A stretch of 64,000 nucleotides of DNA from an uncultured Poribacteria bacterium (GTDB taxonomy: Bacteria > Poribacteria > WGA-4E > WGA-3G). Positions within the stretch are counted from its first letter, which is position 1. Every line of letters starts with the position of its first letter. A program made the translations under genes and the position numbers. The stretch spans positions 3,584,001 through 3,648,000 of the forward strand of contig OX638351.1 in assembly GCA_951813565.1 (NCBI GenBank), read 5' to 3'. The notes below the pieces were generated by a model. The model made no database searches. It had not been told where the DNA came from and saw only the letters and a list, made by a program, of their open reading frames with translations. Of the stretch, positions 28,745 through 39,066 are shown in pieces.

Positions 28745-29980
28745 CTAATACCCGAACCATTCTTTTATACGGCTGAAAAACCCACCAATTGGACCTGAAC
28801 CTCGTCTCAACGCTTGTGCTTGTTTTTTTTCACGCCGCAAAGATTCCCCGTACATTGCCAACCCTAAACTCGTAGCATACATCGGGTAATTTACCCTGTC
28901 CGTTAAACCCTTTAGTTCCATCGGATATCCGACTTGTACACGAAGTTGTAGAATCTGTTCCGCGAGTTCTACCAAACCATCCATAAGTGCAGTTCCCCCC
29001 GTCAACACAAGTCCACCTGGAAGTTGCATATCCCCAAGTTCGCTCGCTATCCCCTCCAGAATTTGTACCATTCGGTATTCAATAATTTGCGCCAATTCAT
29101 AGCGGCTAATAAACTTTGGTGGTGTCGAACCTGTTGTAATTGGAATCGGGTTTGTATCATCTTCTGGCACCCACTCTGTCCATGCACATCCACGGTGAAG
29201 TTTTAGTTCTTCTGCCATAGACAACGTCAATTTTAGGTATTGAGCGATGTCATTTGTTACATGTTGTCCGCCAACAGGAAACACAACAACATGTTGAATT
29301 GCATCTTCCTTATAAACAATAATTTCAGTCGTTTGGTCTCCGATATCTGCAAGTGCAATTCCCACTTCACGTTCGTCTCGCTGGAGAACAGATTTTGCTG
29401 ATGCGACTGGGGCAACTGCAAGTGTTTCCACGCTCGGAATTTCCGCACTCTCAACACTGTTCAACAAACTTTGAATTCCACTTGTGTTTCCAGTAATTAT
29501 ATATGCATTTGCTTCTAAACGAGAACCTGACATTCCAATAGGTTCTTTGATCCGGTTGTGCATATCAATAACAAAGTTTTGCTCAATCACGTGCAGAATA
29601 TCTTGCCCCTCAGGGATAGCTGCAATCGCCTGTGCAGATTGCATCGCTCTATCTACATCATCCCTTGTGATCAACGAAGCATTTTTTACTGTAATCACAC
29701 CGCGTGACGTTTGCCCAACAACATGCTCACCCGAAATTCCTAAACATACCGACTCTATGTTTACGCCTGCCATCAGTTCTGCTTCGGAAATCGCCTCTCT
29801 AATTGCTTCTGCGGTTAGATTGATGTCAACGACAACGCCTCTTCGCAAACCTTTTGAGTTTGCATAGCCGACACCAATAATCTCCATCTGACCATCCAGA
29901 CCCGGCAAGGTATGGCATGCGACAACTGATATTTTACTTGAGCCGATATCTAATCCGGTGATAATGGTTCCTTTTGCCAT
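28745..29980 (-). CDS. ftsA: Cell division protein FtsA
   Basis: GLDIGSSKI, GLRRGVVVDI, PIGMSG.RLE, VGG.HVTNDI and VLTGG. Confidence 0.97.
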   Translation of the reverse strand: MAKGTIITGLDIGSSKISVVACHTLPGLDGQMEIIGVGYANSKGLRRGVVVDINLTAEAIREAISEAELMAGVNIESVCLGISGEHVVGQTSRGVITVKNASLITRDDVDRAMQSAQAIAAIPEGQDILHVIEQNFVIDMHNRIKEPIGMSGSRLEANAYIITGNTSGIQSLLNSVESAEIPSVETLAVAPVASAKSVLQRDEREVGIALADIGDQTTEIIVYKEDAIQHVVVFPVGGQHVTNDIAQYLKLTLSMAEELKLHRGCAWTEWVPEDDTNPIPITTGSTPPKFISRYELAQIIEYRMVQILEGIASELGDMQLPGGLVLTGGTALMDGLVELAEQILQLRVQVGYPMELKGLTDRVNYPMYATSLGLAMYGESLRREKKQAQALRRGSGPIGGFFSRIKEWFGY

Positions 29981-30937
29981 CTATTTGCTCTCACCTCCTA
30001 AATAGAGTGTATCTTCATATCGTGCATCTAAATATGTATATTTTTTTGGCAAGAGGATATCCTTATTGCCTGCACGTGTTTTCGTCAATGAATTTGTCTT
30101 TAACATTTGTCTTTCTCTCTGGAAGATAAGGTGTCCTCGCTGTTGGACAAACAGTCCCGCATGATAAAGTCCGGTTTCAATTAGATCTGCCGCAATCCAC
30201 ACTGGAATCGGTAAACTTTCTATGTCTATTTTAATTTGTTGCGAAACTCGCGCATCAATGGTTTTCATATATTTTGCCAATTCAGGTTCTCGCGACATTG
30301 CTAACTTCAGGGTGTGAATACCGAGCTGTGTTGTGCTGGTATTGATCTGCTTGCCAACTTTAGGCACTTGTATTCCTTCATCCAAAATGAGTGTCATGTG
30401 GTTATATTTTTCCGGTGTAATAGATTCTAACACATAACCGTCTTCATTTATCAAAAAAAGTTCATTTTTGCTTTTCCTTCCTACTGTTTCTTGAGATGTC
30501 TTTTCTGATTTCGTTTTTTCTAATATAATATGATTCACTCGTGCAAACGGTTCACGCTCAGTAATTTCAATGGTCAACTGACGTTTTACAAAACTTCGGG
30601 AAACGTGAGCATCCTCAATATAACTCAGATTTTCCTTCAGATAGGTAACAGTTTGTACTTCAGAATCTGTGACGATATTATCAAGGTTTTCGCCTAATAC
30701 ATTGTAAATTTGCCCTTCAGTGTAGTGCGAATTACCAAAAAGTGCTATGGATACTTGTACGCGTTCAAAATCGAAAAATCCGAGGACGATTTTCCCTAAA
30801 AACAACAAGGTTACAACCAAAGTTCCTAACACAAACATCCGTCGAGCGCGGTATTTTGATGGGCGCACTTGTCTCGGTTTGAAAATACGATGGGAAGTAC
30901 CTCCTTTTTTCTGCCTACGTACTTTTTTAAGTTTCAT
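29981..30937 (-). CDS. ftsQ: FtsQ/DivIB-like protein
   Basis: Basic N-tail, single TM segment, POTRA-like GN..Y and L.IEI.EREP, terminal YLDARY. Located between murC and ftsA. Confidence 0.8.
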   Translation of the reverse strand: MKLKKVRRQKKGGTSHRIFKPRQVRPSKYRARRMFVLGTLVVTLLFLGKIVLGFFDFERVQVSIALFGNSHYTEGQIYNVLGENLDNIVTDSEVQTVTYLKENLSYIEDAHVSRSFVKRQLTIEITEREPFARVNHIILEKTKSEKTSQETVGRKSKNELFLINEDGYVLESITPEKYNHMTLILDEGIQVPKVGKQINTSTTQLGIHTLKLAMSREPELAKYMKTIDARVSQQIKIDIESLPIPVWIAADLIETGLYHAGLFVQQRGHLIFQRERQMLKTNSLTKTRAGNKDILLPKKYTYLDARYEDTLYLGGESK

Positions 30938-30943
30938 TATATT

Positions 30944-32314
30944 TTAGCTAATTTCCGATGCGCGTCTACTTAAAAACTTGCGTCCTACATTGACAACGTC
31001 CCCGGCACCGAGCGTGATAACCAAATCATTAGATTGTGTTATCTCCATTAGACGTTCAACTACCTCATCTATGTCAGACACGTAAATTACATGTGGATGT
31101 CCGTGTGCTTCTATCGCCCGAGCTAAGTTTTCCCCAGTCACGTTTTCTATTGGTTCTTCACCCGCACCATAGATTGATGTAACAATTAGAACATCTGCTT
31201 GATAAAATGATCGGCAGAACTCACCGGCTAAATCTCGAACACGCGCGTATCGATGAGGTTGAAAAACTGCCACAATTCGTCTGTTATAGCCTTCTCTGGC
31301 ACCTTGCAGGGCTGCCATTAGTTTAGCAGGATTATGCGCGTAATCGTCAACTACAACTATATCATCAACAGTTCCCAACACTTCAAACCGGCGATGGACA
31401 CCTTGAAAGGATTCAAGTGCGTCCCGAATCTTCTCAAACGGAATTTCTAACTCAAGACCTACTGCTATGGCAGCTAATGAGTTGGAAATATTGTGCCGCC
31501 CTGGCATCTTAAGATGTATTTTGCCACAGACTGACCCATGATTCCGAACTTGATAGTGAGAAGTGGGTCCGTCAATCTTAATTTCCTCCGCAATCAAGTC
31601 TGCTCGGGTGTCAAGCCCGTATGTCACAAATTTCTTTTCAACCTCAGGAATGAGTTTTTGGATATTTTCTTGGTCAAGACACAAAACGGCAGTCCCATAA
31701 AAAGGAACTTTGTTGATAAAGGTTAAAAACGTCTTTCCGATCTCTTCCACGCTATCGTAATAATCCAAGTGATCAGCATCAACAGAGGTGACAACAGCTA
31801 TAGTTGGATAAAACATTTCGATTGAACCGTATGCTTCATCTGCTTCTATTACCATTACATCGCCGTGTCCGCTGCGTGCGTTACTGCCATTGACTAACTT
31901 GCCTCCAACAACAACCGTTGGGTCAAGCGTTGTCAGCACGGCTGCGGTCATTGCTGTTGTCGTGGTTTTCCCATGGGTGCCGCTAACTGCTATGCTGTAC
32001 CGCATCCGTGTAATTTCATTTAGCATTTCTGCTCCCCTTACAACAGGGATTTGTGCAGAAATTGCGGCTTTCAGCTCTGGATTGTTCTCAGGAATGGCTG
32101 GCGACATGACGACTACGTCTGCCCCGTTAACTTGGGAGGCTGCATGACCGTACCAAATTTTAGCACCACAAGTTTTGAGATGTTCAGTTGTTGCTGACTT
32201 TTGTATGTCTGAACCAGTAACGTCAAAATCAAGGTTAAGAAGGACCTCTGCAATTCCGCTTAAGCCAGCTCCACCTATGCCTATAATATGGATATGTTGT
32301 ATTTTACCAAACAA
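30944..32314 (-). CDS. murC: UDP-N-acetylmuramate-L-alanine ligase
   Basis: HIIGIGGAGLSGIA, GTHGKTTTT, EADE, DDYAHNP and FQPHRY. The TTG start follows GGAGG. Confidence 0.96.
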   Translation of the reverse strand: MFGKIQHIHIIGIGGAGLSGIAEVLLNLDFDVTGSDIQKSATTEHLKTCGAKIWYGHAASQVNGADVVVMSPAIPENNPELKAAISAQIPVVRGAEMLNEITRMRYSIAVSGTHGKTTTTAMTAAVLTTLDPTVVVGGKLVNGSNARSGHGDVMVIEADEAYGSIEMFYPTIAVVTSVDADHLDYYDSVEEIGKTFLTFINKVPFYGTAVLCLDQENIQKLIPEVEKKFVTYGLDTRADLIAEEIKIDGPTSHYQVRNHGSVCGKIHLKMPGRHNISNSLAAIAVGLELEIPFEKIRDALESFQGVHRRFEVLGTVDDIVVVDDYAHNPAKLMAALQGAREGYNRRIVAVFQPHRYARVRDLAGEFCRSFYQADVLIVTSIYGAGEEPIENVTGENLARAIEAHGHPHVIYVSDIDEVVERLMEITQSNDLVITLGAGDVVNVGRKFLSRRASEIS

Positions 32315-32364
32315 CGCCAACCTCCAGCACAAAACCAAATTAAATCAGGAATACGTTTGTTTTT

Positions 32365-33645
32365 TTATATTTCTGTAGCAGATGCAAGTTTAAAAATTGA
32401 CTCTGCAATTGTATCGCTCGCATAAGGACGACCAAGTTCCTTGCTTGCCACCTTCATTTGTCCATAGATTTTTTCATCTGTAATTATACGAATTAATTCT
32501 TTCACAAGAATCTCAGGGTTTAATTCTTCCTGCTCAAGAACGACAGCAGCACCTGCATTAGCAACTGTTTCTGCATTGCGAACTTGATTATTACCTACGG
32601 CAGCAGGTAAAGGAATAAAGATTGCCGGAATACCGCAAGCGGTAACTTCAGACACTGTCATTCCGCCTGCCCGACAAATCATCACATCCGCAATACTATA
32701 TATTTCTTCAATCGGATCAAAGAACGGTTGAACATGATGTGGTATGCCGTGCTGTGCGTAAGCTGCATGTACTTGTTCCACATCTGTTTTTCCTGTTTGA
32801 TGTACGATTTGGAGTACGAACGTGCTAAAATCATCAAGTTTGACAGGACTTACGCCTTCTGTTTCTGGTAAAAGAGACCCGGCAAATTTTGCTATTAATG
32901 GGCTTGCATCTATCATCGCTTGATTAACTGCACGAGCACCTTGACTACCTCCCATCACAAACACCGTTTTACGATTTGCACATAATTTATATTTTTGGTA
33001 GGTTTCGTCAGCACGCGGATAATCTGTTATGCCAAGACGAATCGGGTTACCTGCTACCTCTACAATATGATTAGGAAATCGTTGGGTATCCGGTGGTAAT
33101 GCAAGGTACGCTGCTTTAGCACAACGTGCCAGCATGCTGTTTGTCAAACCAGGAGATACGTTCTGTTCCTGTATCGCTATCGGAATTCTGAGCATCCACG
33201 CGGCAAATAGGACAGGCCCAGACACATATCCGCCTGTTCCAATAACGACGTCTGGCCGGAATTTTCTAAGATATTTCAACGACTGGACAAGCCCTTGAAA
33301 GACTTTTATGAGAACCGGAAACCATTTCCGCGTCAAGCTGCGTGGAAATCCTTCAACGGAAATGGGTAGAAACCGAAAACCCTGTTGTGGAACAAGTGTT
33401 GATTCTAAACGATCTCGTCCACCAATAAAAACAATATCTACCTCTGGATTAAAACGTTGAAGCGCCTGGGCAATACCAATGGCGGGATAGATATGCCCGC
33501 CTGTGCCACCTCCGGCGAGGACGAATCGCTTCTCGTTTTTTCCACGATTAATGTATTCTCTGGCAACGTCTTTCCGATTGTGTCGTATCTTTTGCTTTTT
33601 CACATTCAACTTATTCCACTGTTTTTGGAGGTGACCGTGTGGCAC
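32365..33645 (-). CDS. murG: MurG glycosyltransferase
   Basis: AGGGTGGHIYP, GGYVS, EQN, GNPIR, GGSQGA and RAGGMTVSE. The true start is probably somewhat downstream. Confidence 0.95.
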   Translation of the reverse strand: MPHGHLQKQWNKLNVKKQKIRHNRKDVAREYINRGKNEKRFVLAGGGTGGHIYPAIGIAQALQRFNPEVDIVFIGGRDRLESTLVPQQGFRFLPISVEGFPRSLTRKWFPVLIKVFQGLVQSLKYLRKFRPDVVIGTGGYVSGPVLFAAWMLRIPIAIQEQNVSPGLTNSMLARCAKAAYLALPPDTQRFPNHIVEVAGNPIRLGITDYPRADETYQKYKLCANRKTVFVMGGSQGARAVNQAMIDASPLIAKFAGSLLPETEGVSPVKLDDFSTFVLQIVHQTGKTDVEQVHAAYAQHGIPHHVQPFFDPIEEIYSIADVMICRAGGMTVSEVTACGIPAIFIPLPAAVGNNQVRNAETVANAGAAVVLEQEELNPEILVKELIRIITDEKIYGQMKVASKELGRPYASDTIAESIFKLASATEI

Positions 33646-34810
33646 TTCGAGAAATGTTCAAAAGCATACCCACACTTACCAAACTGATTACAAGAGATGA
33701 ACCACCATAACTGAGAAAGGGAAGGGTGATACCTTTTGTCGGTAGTACCCCTGTTACAACACCGATATTGATGAATGCTTGTAGTCCGATTATTATCGTA
33801 AGTCCGGTTGCAAACAGCGCGCCGAACCGGTTTTCTGTGCGTCTTGCGATTGAAATGCCACGCCATACAAATATCATTATTATTATTGTAACACTTGCCG
33901 TGCCGACGAATCCGAACTCTTCACCCAATACTGAAAAGATAAAATCTGTATGTGGATAGGGCAGGTAATTTATTTTCGCTACGCTGTCATCAATTCCAAC
34001 TCCAAATAAGCCGCCCCATTTAAGTGCATCAAGTGAACGTCCCAACTGAAAACTGGTGGCTTCTGGAGATTGCAAGGATGCCCAATAATCGGTTAACCGC
34101 GTTAATCGGTACGGATCTCTGATAATAAATCCTGTCAATAATGCACCCCCAATTCCTATTAACATAAATGTGTGCGATAAACGAATTCCTCCTATGAACA
34201 GGAGGCTGCCTGCTGTTGCAGCTAATAGGACAGCTGAACCAAAATCTGGTTGTTTGGCAACTAATCCAAACATCAATCCGATAATCAGGATATTTGGTAG
34301 AACTCCATTGAAGAGATTTTTAATACGTTCCGGGTTCCGTGCCAAAAAATGTGCCGTATGAATAATTAAGGCGATCTTTGCAAACTCAACTGGCTGGAAT
34401 TGAACACCTGCTACGGCGATCCATCGGCTAAACCTACCACCTTCCGCTCCTTGCACACTGGTACCTAACGGTGTAAAAACCAAGATCAGCAGGCCAAAAG
34501 CCAGAAATAGTAGTATGTTACTATACTTCTCATAAAACCGATACGGGATATATGAAGTAATACCCATTCCGACTAAACCTATCACACAAGCAATCGCTTG
34601 GATTTTTAAGTAATGGTAACTGTGTCCATACTGTTTGGCAGACAACACATGCCCAGCACTATAGACCATCAAGATACCAATTCCAACCAAGCAGAGCGTA
34701 ACAGCAAGTAAACCGGTGTCTACTCTGCCAAGACCCGTAATTTGAGACTGTTCCTGATCAGATGGAAGAATGGTCGGATTCGCGTAGTTAAGGGTGTTTT
34801 GATTTTGCAT
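33611..34810 (-). CDS. ftsW: SEDS peptidoglycan polymerase FtsW
   Basis: RW...FQPVEFAK, QPDFGS, HTDFIFSV.GEEFG and LPTKGITLPFLSYGGSS. Confidence 0.96.
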   Translation of the reverse strand: MQNQNTLNYANPTILPSDQEQSQITGLGRVDTGLLAVTLCLVGIGILMVYSAGHVLSAKQYGHSYHYLKIQAIACVIGLVGMGITSYIPYRFYEKYSNILLFLAFGLLILVFTPLGTSVQGAEGGRFSRWIAVAGVQFQPVEFAKIALIIHTAHFLARNPERIKNLFNGVLPNILIIGLMFGLVAKQPDFGSAVLLAATAGSLLFIGGIRLSHTFMLIGIGGALLTGFIIRDPYRLTRLTDYWASLQSPEATSFQLGRSLDALKWGGLFGVGIDDSVAKINYLPYPHTDFIFSVLGEEFGFVGTASVTIIIMIFVWRGISIARRTENRFGALFATGLTIIIGLQAFINIGVVTGVLPTKGITLPFLSYGGSSLVISLVSVGMLLNISRSATRSPPKTVE

Positions 34811-34883
34811 AAGTCGTCAAAAATGTGGGATATACTCATTAAGCAAGTAATTCCCAAATAAACAGTATAATTCGGAAACAGTA

Positions 34884-36392
34884 TTATCTGTCACAGGTAG
34901 ATTTTTCTTGATCTGATGATTTATAAGATTTGAGCGAATTTACAGCGTTTTTAAATGCCTCTCCGCGTTCTTTGTAATCCGTGTACATATCAAAACTTGC
35001 ATTTGATGGTGATAAAAGGACGATGTCCCCTGACGTAGCATGTGTATAAGCAAACTCAACTGCCGCTTCCATTGTTGCAGTATGATGCATATCGGCACAA
35101 CCAGCGAACGTTTTTTGAATGTTGTGCGTATGTTCTCCGAGCATTACTAAACTTTTAACTTTCGTGCGAACAAGTTCAATAAGTGGCCCATAGTCGTTTC
35201 CTTTATCAAATCCACCTATGATTAAAAAAACTCGTTTGGGGTCTTTGCCATGTTCGGCCGTTTTTTCCACTGATTCAAGGGCAGCACATGTTGCTAGGAC
35301 GTTTGTAGCCTTAGAATCGTTTACATAATCTACACCGTTGACAACACTCACCTTTTCAAAAGCGTGTTCAAAAGCAGGATGTATCCGATTAAATTTGAGA
35401 ATAGCCTTACACATATCCGCAGGCGTTACGTCGAAGATAGTTCCAACAACTACAGCTGCAAGCACGTTGCGGATATTATGTGCCCCTGCTAACGGTATAT
35501 CTGTCGTATTACAAATCCAATGTTCTTGATTGTTTTTATAGGTATAAATACCAATGTTGTTTGCGTTGTTTTGTAATCTTGCTCCTGCTCCGTTGTCTAA
35601 TTTACGGGACAACACTTCCGAGTTCTCATCTTTATTAGAAAGATTATCTGTAAAAAATGCTTTTTTTGCTGCGGTGGCATGCGCGAAACACTTAGCAGTC
35701 GCGTCGTCGGCATTTAGCACTATCCATTCCGAATTCGTCTGGTTTACACATATTTTTAGTTTCGCATTTAAATACGATTCCATCGTGCCGTGGCGATCAA
35801 GATGGTCACGAGAAAAATTCAGCATTACACTAACTACTGGCTGAAAAGTAAAGGTGCTCTCCAATTGGAAACTACTTGCCTCTACCACTGCAACATCCTT
35901 ACGGGTTAATGTTGCTACATTACTTGCTAACGGAACACCGATGTTTCCTGCCACGACCACATCAGAAAAAAGGTTACTTGCTTCTAAAATTGCCGCAGTC
36001 AAAAGCGTTGTTGTTGACTTGCCTTTTGTGCCTGTAATTGCTACGATGCGTCCATCACATAGACTTGCCGAAACTTCTAATTCACCTAAAATTGGAATGC
36101 TTCTGTTTTTCGCCTCAACTAATATAGGAATGTCCAAGGGTACCCCAGGTGAAACAACAACTAATTCCGTATTAGCAATACAGGATTCTTCATGTCCGCC
36201 AAGGTAAAACTGAATCTGCATCCCATCTAATTGCGAGATTTCGGCAGACAAAACGTCTGCATCGCGTGTATCTGTAAGAGAGATGCTTGCACCGAGATCA
36301 TAAAGTAACTTTGCAATTGCGATACCACTTCGATTTGCGCCAAAAATGGTGATCCGTTTGCCAGAAAAGCGGTTCAAATTCGAACGTTTCAA
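34884..36392 (-). CDS. murD: MurD ligase
   Basis: VVSPGVP, ITGTKGKSTTT, EASSFQL, DHLDRH, NDSKATN and LLSP..ASFD. Confidence 0.96.
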   Translation of the reverse strand: MKRSNLNRFSGKRITIFGANRSGIAIAKLLYDLGASISLTDTRDADVLSAEISQLDGMQIQFYLGGHEESCIANTELVVVSPGVPLDIPILVEAKNRSIPILGELEVSASLCDGRIVAITGTKGKSTTTLLTAAILEASNLFSDVVVAGNIGVPLASNVATLTRKDVAVVEASSFQLESTFTFQPVVSVMLNFSRDHLDRHGTMESYLNAKLKICVNQTNSEWIVLNADDATAKCFAHATAAKKAFFTDNLSNKDENSEVLSRKLDNGAGARLQNNANNIGIYTYKNNQEHWICNTTDIPLAGAHNIRNVLAAVVVGTIFDVTPADMCKAILKFNRIHPAFEHAFEKVSVVNGVDYVNDSKATNVLATCAALESVEKTAEHGKDPKRVFLIIGGFDKGNDYGPLIELVRTKVKSLVMLGEHTHNIQKTFAGCADMHHTATMEAAVEFAYTHATSGDIVLLSPSNASFDMYTDYKERGEAFKNAVNSLKSYKSSDQEKSTCDR

Positions 36393-36448
36393 ACATTTAC
36401 CTCAACCGAAGGATTTAAAGATCAGGACATTTTGCGCGGCAGACACAC

Positions 36449-37567
36449 CTATCCCAGTCTTAGCGTACTTAATGCTATTAACATTAAAATAAGCGCAACA
36501 ATCCAAAAACGTATAACTACTTTCGATTCTTTCCAACCGGAAAGTAGGAAATGATAATGGAGGGGCGACATCTTGATAACCCGTTTTCCAAAAGTTCTAT
36601 ATGACCAAACTTGTACAATGACAGACAATGTTTCTGCCACAAAAATACCGCCAACAATGATAAGGAGAAATTCCTGTTTTATTAACAGGGCACAAGTTCC
36701 AAGCGTTGCACCAAGCGGCAAAGAACCGGTATCTCCCATAAACAGTTGGGCAGGATGCCCATTGTACCATAAAAAACCCAATCCTGCTCCTACTAACGAT
36801 GCACAGAAAATCGCTGTAACTTCTCCACCGACTGGGAGGTGAAAAAGGTTAAGATGTTCCGCTATGACAGTATGGCTTGTCATATACCCCAGTGCTCCAA
36901 TAGTACCTGCTACGAATAGCGTACAACCGATTGCTAAGCCGTCCATACCGTCCGTTAGATTCACAGCATTTGAAGTGCCGACAAGTACTAAAGTTGCAAA
37001 AGGAATAAAGAAAATTCCCAAATTGGGTTGTACGTTTTTGAAAAATGGAAGATTTAGGGCAGTACGGGTTGTCGTATCATTTGCTTCAATAGGTCCCCAT
37101 TGGTAAAGATAACATGCAATCGCCAAGGCACCGACAGTTTGCAGCACAATTTTCTGCCAACCTCGAAGACCAAGTGACTGTTTTTTGCTAATTTTACACA
37201 TATCATCTAAAAAACCGAGCCCCCCAAACCAGAGTGTCGTGAAGATCATTAGATAAATATAGGGTTGATCAAACTTCGCCCAAAAAACAATGGATATAAG
37301 TACCGCAACGATAATAAGGATACCACCCATTGTTGGGGTGCCTGCTTTGCTTTGATCTTCATTATGCTGCTGCGCTTTTTCTACCTCTTCTTGAATATGT
37401 TCACCTATTCGCAACTGCTTCAACCGCTTTATCATAAACGGTCCTAAAACAAGTGAAATGGCGAGGGCTGTAGCTGTTGCATAGACTGCACGAAAACTAA
37501 TTGAACTAAAAATACTGAAGGGCTGAAATATGCTAACAAGATTTTCAAAAAACAGATGATAAAACAT
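36449..37567 (-). CDS. mraY: MraY translocase
   Basis: KAGTPTMGG, GFLDD, SNAVNLTDGMDGL, FMGDTGSL and PLHYHF. Confidence 0.97.
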   Translation of the reverse strand: MFYHLFFENLVSIFQPFSIFSSISFRAVYATATALAISLVLGPFMIKRLKQLRIGEHIQEEVEKAQQHNEDQSKAGTPTMGGILIIVAVLISIVFWAKFDQPYIYLMIFTTLWFGGLGFLDDMCKISKKQSLGLRGWQKIVLQTVGALAIACYLYQWGPIEANDTTTRTALNLPFFKNVQPNLGIFFIPFATLVLVGTSNAVNLTDGMDGLAIGCTLFVAGTIGALGYMTSHTVIAEHLNLFHLPVGGEVTAIFCASLVGAGLGFLWYNGHPAQLFMGDTGSLPLGATLGTCALLIKQEFLLIIVGGIFVAETLSVIVQVWSYRTFGKRVIKMSPLHYHFLLSGWKESKVVIRFWIVALILMLIALSTLRLG

Positions 37568-37704
37568 TTTCTATGCTTCTTTGCTATATTCCGTAGGATG
37601 GTGCATGTTATTGCTGAGCTGTAATCAAAAACCTGAATAAATGATATGGGAATAGTTGAATGCTGCTATTGTGACCACCCAATTATAAAAAGTATCAAGC
37701 AAAC

Positions 37705-38925
37705 TTACCCAGTTTCCTCTGATTCTAAATTGTCGGTTTTCAATTTTGCAAAACTTGCCCCTGCTTGACTTAACAAATTTGTTGAATAAGAATAGATTAA
37801 GCGATTTTTCTCATGGTGCGTTTCTAATGCAAGGTCAACCAATTGCGACACTAATTCTGGGAATGGAATTCCGGCCGGTTCCCATAAGTAGAAACTGAAA
37901 GAACCAGGGATAGTGTTGATCTCATTCACGTATACCTGCTCTTCATCACTCACCAAGAAATCTATTCGGGCAATCCCCGCACAGTCAAGCACTTGAAAAG
38001 CCAAGGTAGCAAGGTTTTGAATATGTAACGTCAATTCTTCTGGAATGGGTGCAGGAATTTCACGCTGTGCTCCCGCCATACCAGAGGAGACATCAGGAGC
38101 ATCTTCACTTTCCGAATTTTGATGGATATATTTATCGTCAAAACTGAGGAAATCCGTACTGGCGATCGGTTGTTCGCAGACCGAGGGGGTCGGCGTATGT
38201 GTTCCCATCACCGAGCAATTTATTTCAAAACCGTTTTCAATACCCTGCTCAACGACGATACGTCGGTAATACCGGCATGCAAGTTCAATCGCATCCCGAA
38301 GTTCGTCCTCATCTCTCGCTTGACTGACACCGATACTTGACCCACTCACTGCCGGTTTAACGTATACTGGAAAGGACATCTTTTCCTTAATTATTGCAAG
38401 AACGTCGTTGCTTGCTGAATCCCAATTGTGTTTCGTGAACGGAACGTAAGGCAGGATCGGAAGCTCATTCTCACTGAGAACTGCTTTCATCATGATTTTG
38501 TCCATGCCGACACCAGAGCCGACAACACTCGCGCCAACGTAAGGTATATCCATCAGCTCAAGAAACCCTTGAAGAGAACCATCTTCGCCATGTACACCGT
38601 GAATTGCGGGAAACACGACATCAATAGGAAGTTCCTTCTTTTTGCTGAACAAACCGCTACGTTTTGGTAGAACACTAAATTTTGCATGTGTTTCAAATTC
38701 AACGCTAACTGTGTCAAAATCAGATGTACGCGGTAAATTTCCTTCGGTGAATGTGTTCAGTTCCTTGAGTTTATCGCCTGTTAACCATGCGCCCTCTTTT
38801 GTTATATAAATTGGGATAACTTCGTGCGTTTCTGCTAATGCAGCGTTAACCTGATGTGCAGTAACGATGGATACTTCGTGTTCAGGCGATCTACCACCGA
38901 ATATCAAAGCTACGTTCATGTTCAT
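37705..38925 (-). CDS. ddl: D-alanine-D-alanine ligase
   Basis: FGGRSPEHEVS, HG..GEDG.LQG, GSSIG, omega loop FLSFDDKY (Tyr retained) and NEINTIPG. Confidence 0.95.
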   Translation of the reverse strand: MNMNVALIFGGRSPEHEVSIVTAHQVNAALAETHEVIPIYITKEGAWLTGDKLKELNTFTEGNLPRTSDFDTVSVEFETHAKFSVLPKRSGLFSKKKELPIDVVFPAIHGVHGEDGSLQGFLELMDIPYVGASVVGSGVGMDKIMMKAVLSENELPILPYVPFTKHNWDSASNDVLAIIKEKMSFPVYVKPAVSGSSIGVSQARDEDELRDAIELACRYYRRIVVEQGIENGFEINCSVMGTHTPTPSVCEQPIASTDFLSFDDKYIHQNSESEDAPDVSSGMAGAQREIPAPIPEELTLHIQNLATLAFQVLDCAGIARIDFLVSDEEQVYVNEINTIPGSFSFYLWEPAGIPFPELVSQLVDLALETHHEKNRLIYSYSTNLLSQAGASFAKLKTDNLESEETG

Positions 38926-39066
38926 TTCCTTGTAAAGAGCATAAATTGACACCCGCTCTAAGGCAAAGGTGTTATTTATGTTATAATGTTGAAAATCCAA
39001 TATCCTTATTACTATTACAATTTGTCAAAAAATTTACGACAAGATGCTGACCTTTATTCAGGTGTG

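Noticed and set aside
37705..38925. Van-type D-Ala-D-Lac resistance cassette
   Set aside because: The omega-loop Tyr is retained and no vanH/vanX/vanRS-like genes are present.
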